From: an uncultured Gemmatimonadales bacterium
GTDB lineage: Bacteria; Gemmatimonadota; Gemmatimonadetes; Gemmatimonadales; GWC2-71-9
Length of the DNA stretch: 64,000 bases
NCBI GenBank assembly: GCA_963840165.1
Contig: CAWIXT010000006.1
Span: 646,680-710,679 of the forward strand
Direction of reading: 5' to 3'
Positions 18,582 to 27,305 of the stretch are shown here, piece by piece (within the stretch, counting starts at the first letter, position 1; each line of letters starts with the position of its first letter). The translations under genes and the position numbers were made by a program. The notes under the pieces are model-generated. The model saw only the letters and a program-made list of their open reading frames with translations, had not been told where the DNA came from and did no database searches.

Positions 18582-20267
18582 CTACGCAACCACATTCCGG
18601 CCCGACGCCTTGGCCCGGTACAGCGCCCGGTCGGCCGCGACCAGCAGGTCGCCCTCGGGCTCGGTCTGGTCGAACTCGGCCACCCCGATGCTCACCGTGA
18701 TCAGCCCAGCCGGATACCCCAGCCGCCGGCCGATACCCTCGATCCCGGCCCGGAGCGCCTCGCCCACTCGCGCCGCGCCGTCCAGGTCGGTCCGGGTCAA
18801 GATCACCACGAACTCGTCGCCCCCGTACCGCGCCGCCACGTCCGAGGCCCGGACCGCGTGCTGGATCTCTTCGGCCACGGCCTTGAGAATATCGTTGCCC
18901 GCCTCGTGCCCGTACTGGTCGTTCACCTGCTTGAACCGGTCCAGGTCGAGGAACAGGACCGCGAAGCTCTCGCTGCTGCGCTTGCTGCGCTCGATCTCGA
19001 AAGCCAGCCGGTCCCGCAGCACTCTATACGTCGAAAGCCCGGTCAGCTCGTCGGCCGCGGCGGCCCGCTGAGCCTCCTCGGCGCGGCGCTCCTGATAGGG
19101 CAGGCACTGGCGGAGCGACGCCCGGCCCAACGCGGCCGAATCGGCGAACCGGGCGCAGGTCTCGTAGCCGCAGGCCCGGCAGTCCCAGGGCCGACCGTTG
19201 GGACCCAGCCCGATCTCGGCCAGAATAGCCGCCACCGCCGCCGGATCGGGACGCACCACCCGGTCCTTGATGGCGAAGGTTGCCCCCACGCTCGCCACCA
19301 CGGCCGAGTCTACGATGGGGAACCGGCTCCGGGGCGGCTCGGTGCTGGCCAGCAGCTCCCGGCGCCAGAACAGCTCCTCCCGCGGCCCCGACAGCGGGTG
19401 ATCCAGCGACCCCTCCGTCGCCAGGATGTCCACGAAGCCGAGCTCCAGCCGGTCCACCGTGACCGCGCGGGCCACCGCCTTCAGCGCGTCCAGCCCCCGC
19501 AGCTTCCGGAACCGGCGGCTGGAGTAGCGGGCCTCCTCCAGCAGCGAGAGCGGCAGCCCCCCCGCCGCAGCCAGGTGCCGGCGCCGCTCCTCCGGCACCC
19601 GATCGAAGAAGATCGGCTGGCTCAGCACGTTGACGTCCCGGATTTGAAAGATCTGGTCCAGGTCGCCGAAGGTTATGGCCGCATCCAGCTCGGTGCTGCT
19701 GAACGGCGGGCTGATCCCCGCATACACGATTTTAAGGTCTGCGCCATACTGCGCTCTCAAATATCGGGCCTCGGCCACCGGCGGCACCGTCACCGGTGCG
19801 AGGTAGGGGACCAGCTCGGGAAACTGGAGCCGTACCGCGTCCACCACCACCGGATCGGTGGAGCGGATCATGGTCCCCCACGGCTCCTCCTCCCACAGCT
19901 TAAGGTACTCGGCCGCAACGAGTTCGTCGCCGATCACGCCCCGGGTCACGGCCCGGAACCCGGCGGCGTAGCAGGCGTTGATCACCTGCTCCGGCGTGGC
20001 AGGGTAGAAGTGGGCGACCGACTCGGGGCTGAGGATGAGCACACCATCCCCCTGGGCAGCGATGGCAAGAGCCCGCCCAATCTCGCCGTTTACCTTGACC
20101 GCATTATGGGGACAGACCTGGAAGCACAGCCCGCAGCGGATACAGGGCTCGTCCTCGATCTGGAGCAGAAACGGCTCTTCGGCCGTCACCGCAATGGCGT
20201 CGGTGGGGCAGACACGGACACAGGCCAAGCACGCAACACAAAGCTCGGCGTCGATGACAAAATTCAA
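18582..20267 (-). CDS. Fe-S / hydrogenase-like sensor fused to a GGDEF diguanylate cyclase
   Basis: Two ferredoxin motifs (CVACLACVRVCP, CIRCGLCFQVCP), then a hydrogenase-large-subunit-like region, then a CxxCGxxxC putative Fe-S motif (WDCRACGYETC). The C-terminal GGDEF domain reads FLDLDRFKQVNDQYGHEAGNDIL...RYGGDEFVVIL. Confidence 0.8.
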   Translation of the reverse strand: MNFVIDAELCVACLACVRVCPTDAIAVTAEEPFLLQIEDEPCIRCGLCFQVCPHNAVKVNGEIGRALAIAAQGDGVLILSPESVAHFYPATPEQVINACYAAGFRAVTRGVIGDELVAAEYLKLWEEEPWGTMIRSTDPVVVDAVRLQFPELVPYLAPVTVPPVAEARYLRAQYGADLKIVYAGISPPFSSTELDAAITFGDLDQIFQIRDVNVLSQPIFFDRVPEERRRHLAAAGGLPLSLLEEARYSSRRFRKLRGLDALKAVARAVTVDRLELGFVDILATEGSLDHPLSGPREELFWRRELLASTEPPRSRFPIVDSAVVASVGATFAIKDRVVRPDPAAVAAILAEIGLGPNGRPWDCRACGYETCARFADSAALGRASLRQCLPYQERRAEEAQRAAAADELTGLSTYRVLRDRLAFEIERSKRSSESFAVLFLDLDRFKQVNDQYGHEAGNDILKAVAEEIQHAVRASDVAARYGGDEFVVILTRTDLDGAARVGEALRAGIEGIGRRLGYPAGLITVSIGVAEFDQTEPEGDLLVAADRALYRAKASGRNVVA

Positions 20268-20291
20268 GGACTGGTCCGCAGAGGGAGGGAT

Positions 20292-20319
20292 TCAACTTGC
20301 AATTTGACAGCGAGGTGCG
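20292..20319 (-). promoter_or_regulatory. Possible sigma70-like promoter (TTGACA-N16-TCAAAT) inside the palindrome TTGACAG-N12-CTGTCAA
   Basis: Read on the minus strand, 25 nt upstream of the 20267 start. The palindrome could instead be an operator. Confidence 0.3.
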
Positions 20320-20402
20320 CGACTGTCAAGACAGCGGTGAGTGCAAGATATTTGTACAGTTGAGTTTAGAGGAGTGCAGTTCCAGTCGCGAGTCGCAAGG
20401 GA

Positions 20403-20521
20403 AGTCGGGAGGTAGTCGCGAGTCGCGAGTCGCGAGTTGGGAGCGAGTGAGTCCTTATATATCAGCAGCGCCATCACTTACCCCCGAGGCTCGCGACTCG
20501 TGACTCGCGACTTCCTCCCGA

Positions 20522-20523
<2 letters not shown>
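20403..20523. repeat. Long hairpin (about 34-bp arms) of GTCGCGA words; the right arm overlaps the stop codon of the sigma54 activator gene
   Basis: AGTCGGGAGGTAGTCGCGAGTCGCGAGTCGCGAG (20403-20436) pairs with the reverse complement of 20490-20523 (AGTCGGGAGGAAGTCGCGAGTCACGAGTCGCGAG). Confidence 0.7.
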
Positions 20524-22060
<1,537 letters not shown>

Positions 22061-22120
22061 GCTGGAAAGTAATGCCAGAACGGCAGCCGGGAGTCGGGCA
22101 GACAGTCGCGAAATTCCCTA

Positions 22121-22149
22121 TTGACGACCGTGGTACCACCTCCTACTGT
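22121..22149 (+). promoter_or_regulatory. Sigma70-like promoter TTGACG-N17-TACTGT
   Basis: -35 at 22121-22126, -10 at 22144-22149, upstream of the 22206 gene. Confidence 0.45.
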
Positions 22150-22205
22150 AGTCGCCCACATTCCCGGGATGCAAATCCCCTCAACACAAACCTGGGAGAC
22201 CCTCC

Positions 22206-22499
22206 ATGATGAAGCGAATCACATCATTGGTGGCAGCGGCCGCACTCGTGGCCGCGTGTAGCAGCCCGACCGATCCCGTCAATCAGCAGGAAACTCTCGT
22301 GCCCAGCTTTTCGCAGACCGAACCGGGCATCCCGGGTGACGCGAACTGCCGGGGTCAGACCACCGCGTTCCTGGCCCAAGCCAGCAAGAACGGCTTGATC
22401 CCGGAAGGGTTCCGGGGACTCGGCGGAGTGTCGCGCGCCACCGGTCTGACCGTGCAGGAGATCAAAGCCATCGTAGACGCTTTCTGCGCCGGGCCATAG
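22206..22499 (+). CDS. Small lipoprotein, unknown function
   Basis: Signal/lipobox MMKRITSLVAAAALVAAC. It is followed by a canonical terminator. Confidence 0.6.
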   Translation: MMKRITSLVAAAALVAACSSPTDPVNQQETLVPSFSQTEPGIPGDANCRGQTTAFLAQASKNGLIPEGFRGLGGVSRATGLTVQEIKAIVDAFCAGP

Positions 22500-22543
22500 A
22501 CACCCGAGCCAGGCGTCCTCGACGAGAAGCTCAGCAGGCAGAC

Positions 22544-22578
22544 GGGGGAGAGCGCAACAGCGCCCTCCCCCGTTTTTT
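22544..22578 (+). terminator. Rho-independent terminator
   Basis: GGGGGAGAGCGC-aaca-GCGCCCTCCCCC followed by TTTTTT (22573-22578). Confidence 0.8.
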
Positions 22579-22824
22579 CCGTTGACAGTATGATCGCCCT
22601 TCCCCGACCCGGACTAATAACCGGTGATCGGGTTACCGACCGTTTCCCGGCAGCGGGTTCAGGTCCCAGGTCGCACCGATGCACCCGCAGCCGGCCGTGC
22701 ATCCCAGGGGCCAACTCAGGATCCACCCGGAGACCACCGATCGCGTGGAAGTGTCAGCGGGAAGCATTGGTAACCTCCACCAATGAAGGAGGTGCTATTA
22801 CCGGTACGTTCAGCCTGCACACAT

Positions 22825-22853
22825 TTGACAAGAAGTGCTCCCCGCCGTACCCT
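22825..22853 (+). promoter_or_regulatory. Sigma70-like promoter TTGACA-N17-TACCCT
   Basis: -35 at 22825-22830, -10 at 22848-22853. It would drive the structured leader that follows. Confidence 0.5.
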
Positions 22854-23015
22854 AGTGACGCCGAGACGACACATCCGTCACGATAATGGCACACCCGGCG
22901 AAAGCCGGGGTCGCAAAGCCACGGGTCCTTGCCTCCTCCGCGCTGCTGTCGTGGCCGCGCCGCGAGGGACCCTAAGACCGCCGAGCCGCCGAATGGTAGC
23001 TCGGCTTTTGTCTTT
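22854..23015 (+). promoter_or_regulatory. Structured 5' leader ending in an intrinsic terminator just upstream of the 23050 start; candidate riboswitch or attenuator (possibly c-di-GMP-I/GEMM-like)
   Basis: Hairpin GTGACG...CGTCAC (22854-22880). GNRA hairpin CCCGGC-GAAA-GCCGGG (22894-22909) is followed directly by GTCGCAAAGCC (22910-20). GGGTCC (22923-) pairs with GGACCC (22967-). Terminator GCCGAGC-N12-GCTCGGC plus TTTTGTCTTT (22980-23015). SD GAGGAG at 23036-23041. Confidence 0.35.
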
Positions 23016-23049
23016 CCCAATACACCATGGACATCCTGAGGAGCCTACC

Positions 23050-23550
23050 ATGTCGAAACTGTCTGTCGCCTGCATCGCTTTGGGATTCATGACGCTGGGG
23101 TGTGATCGAGTGCCGACCGAGTCCGCGTCGGTGGATAATATTCCGGGCCCGCAGTTCGCGGCCGGGGGGGTTGTGCATCGGGCGTCTGTGGGCAGCCACG
23201 ACATCGTTCCACCGGGCGATGATGCGAATTTCTCCCTCGTAGCGATCGAACATTCCAATGGCAGAATATCAGGGCAGTATACCGATCGGTTCGCTCAGGG
23301 CGGCGGCTTCCACGCCCAGGTCACCTGCCTCTCAGTGGATGGAAATACTGCATGGATCGGCGGCATCATCAGGGGGGGAGATTTCGACGGCCAGGAAGTC
23401 ATCACGCAAGTGCAGGACAACGGGACCTCATCGAACGATCCGCCGGATCTGATCAGCTTCTCCTTCGTCGGTGTCCCGGCTCAGACCTGCCTCACGCAGC
23501 CCCCGCTTCCGCTTTTCCCCCTGCAGGGAGGCGAGGTGAAGGTGGAGTAG
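23050..23550 (+). CDS. Lipoprotein, unknown function
   Basis: MSKLSVACIALGFMTLGC lipobox and SD GAGGAG 8 nt upstream. The longer ORF-track start at 22783 runs through the leader and is rejected. Confidence 0.65.
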   Translation: MSKLSVACIALGFMTLGCDRVPTESASVDNIPGPQFAAGGVVHRASVGSHDIVPPGDDANFSLVAIEHSNGRISGQYTDRFAQGGGFHAQVTCLSVDGNTAWIGGIIRGGDFDGQEVITQVQDNGTSSNDPPDLISFSFVGVPAQTCLTQPPLPLFPLQGGEVKVE

Positions 23551-23580
23551 CGTTCTGGCTCCTGGGTTTGGACCAGCTTG

Positions 23581-23616
23581 AGAGCGGCACCGGCGCGGTT
23601 AAGCCGGTGCCGCTCT
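23581..23616 (+). terminator. Stem-loop terminator (14-bp stem)
   Basis: AGAGCGGCACCGGC-gcggttaa-GCCGGTGCCGCTCT, 30 nt after the stop at 23550. Confidence 0.6.
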
Positions 23617-23852
23617 TCATGAAAATGCTGGTAGGCTTCGAGGCCACTGGTGGATGGATGCTGGCGAATGAGGGTCGCTCTCGGATCGCGGGATTTCTCT
23701 CTTCGACTAGCGGCTCTGGCGGCGCCCGGTTGGGAAATAAACTGCGTGAGCGGACAAGCACAGGCGTGAGCGGTAAGCGGGGCAGCGGGGCAGCGGGGCA
23801 GTCGCCACTCTAATCGTAGGCGCTAGGCGCTGGTCACGAGGTTGATGGAAGC

Positions 23853-23890
23853 TGGCCAGAAAGAAAGGGAGCCACCGAGTGGCTCCCTTC
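23853..23890 (-). terminator. Rho-independent terminator for the 23896-24774 gene
   Basis: On the minus strand: AAGGGAGCCAC-loop-GTGGCTCCCTT followed by TCTTTCT. Confidence 0.7.
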
Positions 23891-23895
23891 GAGAC

Positions 23896-24774
23896 TCAGC
23901 AAGCGACGTGCACAGTCGGGGAGCCGGTAATCACGCTACCGGTAATTAATCCGGTGGTGGGGTCGGCCGATCCACCCACCTGACTCCCCAGCTTCGCAGC
24001 CGGGCAGCCTGAACCGGGAGTGTTCAGTCCCACGATCGCCCCCCTCACGTTTACCACGCCGGCCCCGGACAGTTCCGCGGTTCCGGACGCCTGCATCGAG
24101 AGCGCGACCCCGGCCCGAAGATTCATGCTGGAGCCGGAGCGCAGTTCCGCAGTCGTACTGGCTCGCAGGTTGAGGGCCGTGGCGGCGTCTACCTGGAGCG
24201 GTCCGTTGCTGCGGAGCTCGATGCCGGTTGCCGTGATCTTGATGAATCCGCCGGGCCCGTTGAGCTCCACGCCGGTGTCGGTGACCTTGAGCCCGAACTC
24301 GCCGTTCGGACTCCGGAAATCCGCCAGCGCCGACGAGGACAGATCCGCACCTGCGATGCTGCCATCGGCAATTTCGGCCGAGCCGACCGCATCGGCGGGA
24401 ATGGCGCCGCCACCTCCACTCGCGGGCGTCCAGGCGGTCCCATCCCACTTGAGGACGTCATTCACCGCGGGAGCGGCGGCGGAGACCGGACGGCCCTGGA
24501 AGCCGGATACAGTGGGACCGGGCAGGGTGCCGGACAGGTCACCGCCCAGAGCCGACGCGGCGGGAAAGGCGCCCAGCCCGTCGGTCCAGCTGATCGGGCG
24601 ATGGCTGCTGTGGAAGCACCGGCCCGGCTCCCGCGGCTGGTACAGCAGGCCGGTCAGCGGCGTCACGCACGCGTGGAACACGGCGGGCGCCTGGGCCTGC
24701 GCCGCGGTGCCGACGCCGAGAATACCGAGGACTGCGCAGGTGACTGCGCGAAAGGGCGAGAGCAGGGCGGTCAT
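23896..24774 (-). CDS. Secreted protein with tail-fibre-like N-terminal motifs, a beta-helix-like repeat region and a PAAR-like C-terminal tip
   Basis: Signal peptide ...GILGVGTAAQAQA. Then ACVTPLTGLLY...C...ISW, GSAEIADGSIAGADL, and repetitive ...IELRSNGPLQVDAATALNLRASTTAELRSGSSMNLRAGVALSMQASGTAELSGAGVVNVRG. The C-terminus is GCPAAKLGSQVGG...GLITGSVITGSPTVHVAC. Confidence 0.6.
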   Translation of the reverse strand: MTALLSPFRAVTCAVLGILGVGTAAQAQAPAVFHACVTPLTGLLYQPREPGRCFHSSHRPISWTDGLGAFPAASALGGDLSGTLPGPTVSGFQGRPVSAAAPAVNDVLKWDGTAWTPASGGGGAIPADAVGSAEIADGSIAGADLSSSALADFRSPNGEFGLKVTDTGVELNGPGGFIKITATGIELRSNGPLQVDAATALNLRASTTAELRSGSSMNLRAGVALSMQASGTAELSGAGVVNVRGAIVGLNTPGSGCPAAKLGSQVGGSADPTTGLITGSVITGSPTVHVAC

Positions 24775-25184
24775 GGCCGGGGTTCCTCGGTGGCGCGGGA
24801 ATCGGTGGCTCGTGCGGACAGGATCTCGAGGGTCAAGCTTATGGCTTCGAGCTCGGGGTCGGCGGCGGCATCGGTCGGGGAAAGCTGCCGGACTGCGGCC
24901 CGTGCCGCGGCAAGGCCGCGCTCTACTCCGGTGCGATCGTTCCGCTCCGCCGCCAGGGCCGAGGCGGCGAACGCCGAGGCGAGCTGGTTGGCGGTGGCGG
25001 CCGGGAGCGCGGCGGCGAGGCGGTCGCGGGCAAACAGCAGGGCGCCTCGCATGTCGTCCCCGGTATCCTGGATTGGCATCGGCACTGACGGATCGGGTGC
25101 CTCGGGTGCGACGACGTCATCGCCACACGCGCCGGACAGCGCGATGGCAGCGGCGAGCGCGGCCCTGAGATGGGATCGTGGCAT
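24771..25184 (-). CDS. Lipoprotein, unknown function, translationally coupled to the spike-like gene
   Basis: Lipobox AAAIALSGC, Ala-rich helical body, 4-nt ATGA overlap with the downstream gene. Confidence 0.55.
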   Translation of the reverse strand: MPRSHLRAALAAAIALSGACGDDVVAPEAPDPSVPMPIQDTGDDMRGALLFARDRLAAALPAATANQLASAFAASALAAERNDRTGVERGLAAARAAVRQLSPTDAAADPELEAISLTLEILSARATDSRATEEPRP

Positions 25185-25377
25185 CGAGATCTCGAAGGGG
25201 ATGGAAGCGCAACCTTACGGGCCGGTACGAGGCGCGTCAAGGAGGGAGGTAAGTCGCGAGTCGCGAGTCGCGAGTCGCCAGCGAGACTACTCTGGCGGCC
25301 CCTGGTACCGAGGACTATGCTTGACCTAGCTCCTCGCCTTCCTCAAGTCTCTTCTGCCCCGGGACACCACCACATCA

Positions 25378-25779
25378 ATGTCACCACCAACGACTCCCCT
25401 CCGGAGGGGCCTGCGCATTGTCGTCACCGATGACGATGCCAAGCTGCTGCTCAAGATCGTCGAGATACTTTCGGAGGGGGGCCACAATGTTTTCTGCGCC
25501 TACGACGGCCGAAGCGCGTGCGAGCTGGCCGAGTATATCCCTGAACTCGACCTGGTCATTTCGAATACCCGGATGGGCAACATGCGGGCGCCGGAATTGA
25601 TCCAACGGGTCCGCTCGGCCAAGCCCTGGCTCGCCATTCTGCACGTGGGAGACCCGCTGCCGATCTCGGGTCCGCTCGCCCATGTACCCAGCTTGCGGGA
25701 GCCGTTCACTGCCGACGAGCTGCTGGCGGCGATCAACACCCTCCTGGCCGCCTCCGCCGACGGACAATCCAGAGTCTAG
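25378..25779 (+). CDS. Stand-alone receiver-domain protein with a degenerate phospho-acceptor pocket
   Basis: LRIVVTDDD...ELDLVISNTRMGNMRAPELI has Asn where the phospho-Asp is expected. LREPF has Glu where the conserved Lys is expected. Confidence 0.7.
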   Translation: MSPPTTPLRRGLRIVVTDDDAKLLLKIVEILSEGGHNVFCAYDGRSACELAEYIPELDLVISNTRMGNMRAPELIQRVRSAKPWLAILHVGDPLPISGPLAHVPSLREPFTADELLAAINTLLAASADGQSRV

Positions 25780-25898
25780 CGAATCAGTAACAGCGCCGGT
25801 GCTGGAGCATCCCCGAGCGTGCTGCGAGCTCGGCCTTGACGTCTGCTTGATGGCCTGATGGTAACTGTGAGCCAACAACTACAGCGAGCCAGGCCCGT

Positions 25899-27272
25899 AT
25901 GCCCCGCCATTCGCAGTATGACCTCATGTACCGGAACGAAACCTCTGCACTCCTCCTCGGACTCTGCATGGCGATCTCGGCCTGCGACAGGGCCGCTGAC
26001 GAAAGCCTTGGACCTGACCCAGTGACCCTCAGCGAAGCGGTGAGTGCTGCCGCGGCTCCGCGGGCCAACTACATCGTCGTCACCTTGAGCAAGCGGCCCG
26101 GCTTGGCGAATGGCATCAACGCGCAGGGCCACGTGGTGGGCTCCTACATGATCCCGGGCAACACCGCAACTCACGCCTTCCTTTGGAAGGATGGCGTCTT
26201 CCGCGACCTCACGCCCGGGCGGGACTACACTGACGCGCTGGCCATCAATGACGCAGGCCAGGTGGTGGGGGTAACATCTGGATCCCCCGAGGGACTCACG
26301 GCATTTCTGTGGCAGAATGGCGTCATGCGCAACCTGGGCACCCTGGGCTGGACCGGAGGCTTGGGTGAGCCGGCCAGTGTCGCGACCAGCATCAACTCTA
26401 AGGGACAGATCGTGGGCTGGAGCTGGACCAAGGAGGCCACCATTCGCGCCTTTCTCTGGGAAGCCGGCAGGATGAGAAGACTGCCGGGCCTGGAAAACAT
26501 CTTCAGCAAGGCCCACGGTATCGACAACAACAGTCGGGTCGTGGGTCAGTACGGCGAGGGCACCACCGGCCGCGGCTTTCGCTGGACCGCGGGGGCCGTG
26601 TCGCCTGTAGGTAAGATGGGCGGGGGCACCGTGGCGACGGCCATCAACGCTGAAAACAAGGTGGTGGGATGGTCAAGAGGTAACTCGCGTGCCTTCGTCT
26701 GGCGAGCCGGGGTCATGACCAACCTGGGCACGCTGGGCGGAACCTACAGCGGCGCCTCAGCAATCAACGACCTGGGGCAGATTGTCGGCTATAGCGGCCC
26801 GCCGGGCGACTTTCCCATGCACGCCTTTTTCTGGAAGAACGGGGTCATGTACGACGTTGGCCCAGGCAGGGCGAAGGGCATCAACCGAAACGGGTGGATC
26901 GTCGGTGAGAGGGTCGATCCCGCGGTGACCGGCCACGGCAACCTAGTTCCCACCTTGTGGAAGCCCACGGCCACGCCACCGCCGCCACCCGCGCCGGGCC
27001 TCATCCGGGTCGGCAACAATTTCTTCGCTAGCACTCGGAACGGCACCTGGAACCCGGCGGTAGACACGGTGGCCGCGGGCCGCACCGTTACCTGGAGCTG
27101 GTTCGGCGGCACCCATAACGTGCAGTCGACGGGGTCACCCAGCTTCCCCAGCAGCGCCGTAATGAGTAGTAGCCAGTCCAAGTACACATTCACCTTCTCC
27201 AGGGCGGGTACCTATCAATACAATTGCGTACGTCATCCCACGACGATGCGCGGCCGAGTCATCGTGAGATGA
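25899..27272 (+). CDS. Lipoprotein: HAF-type extracellular repeats fused to a C-terminal cupredoxin (type-1 copper) domain
   Basis: Lipobox LCMAISAC. Repeats read ...INAQGHVVG...HAFLW..G....LG (x6-7). The C-terminus TVTWSWFGGTHNV...GTYQYNCVRHPTTMRGRVIV has His...Cys-x2-His-x3-Met ligands. Confidence 0.75.
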   Translation: MPRHSQYDLMYRNETSALLLGLCMAISACDRAADESLGPDPVTLSEAVSAAAAPRANYIVVTLSKRPGLANGINAQGHVVGSYMIPGNTATHAFLWKDGVFRDLTPGRDYTDALAINDAGQVVGVTSGSPEGLTAFLWQNGVMRNLGTLGWTGGLGEPASVATSINSKGQIVGWSWTKEATIRAFLWEAGRMRRLPGLENIFSKAHGIDNNSRVVGQYGEGTTGRGFRWTAGAVSPVGKMGGGTVATAINAENKVVGWSRGNSRAFVWRAGVMTNLGTLGGTYSGASAINDLGQIVGYSGPPGDFPMHAFFWKNGVMYDVGPGRAKGINRNGWIVGERVDPAVTGHGNLVPTLWKPTATPPPPPAPGLIRVGNNFFASTRNGTWNPAVDTVAAGRTVTWSWFGGTHNVQSTGSPSFPSSAVMSSSQSKYTFTFSRAGTYQYNCVRHPTTMRGRVIVR

Positions 27273-27305
27273 GCGACGGAGCTCCATGAACCGGAAGCGC
27301 CTGCT

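Noticed and set aside
22783-23049. N-terminal extension of the 23050 lipoprotein ORF.
   Set aside because: The extension crosses a promoter-like element, a structured leader and a terminator with a U-tract. A lipoprotein signal peptide with an SD begins at 23050.
23896-25184. Prophage or tailocin remnant, suggested by the tail-fibre/spike-like protein.
   Set aside because: No other phage structural, lysis or integrase genes occur within 20 kb on either side. The protein carries a Sec signal peptide and has its own terminator.
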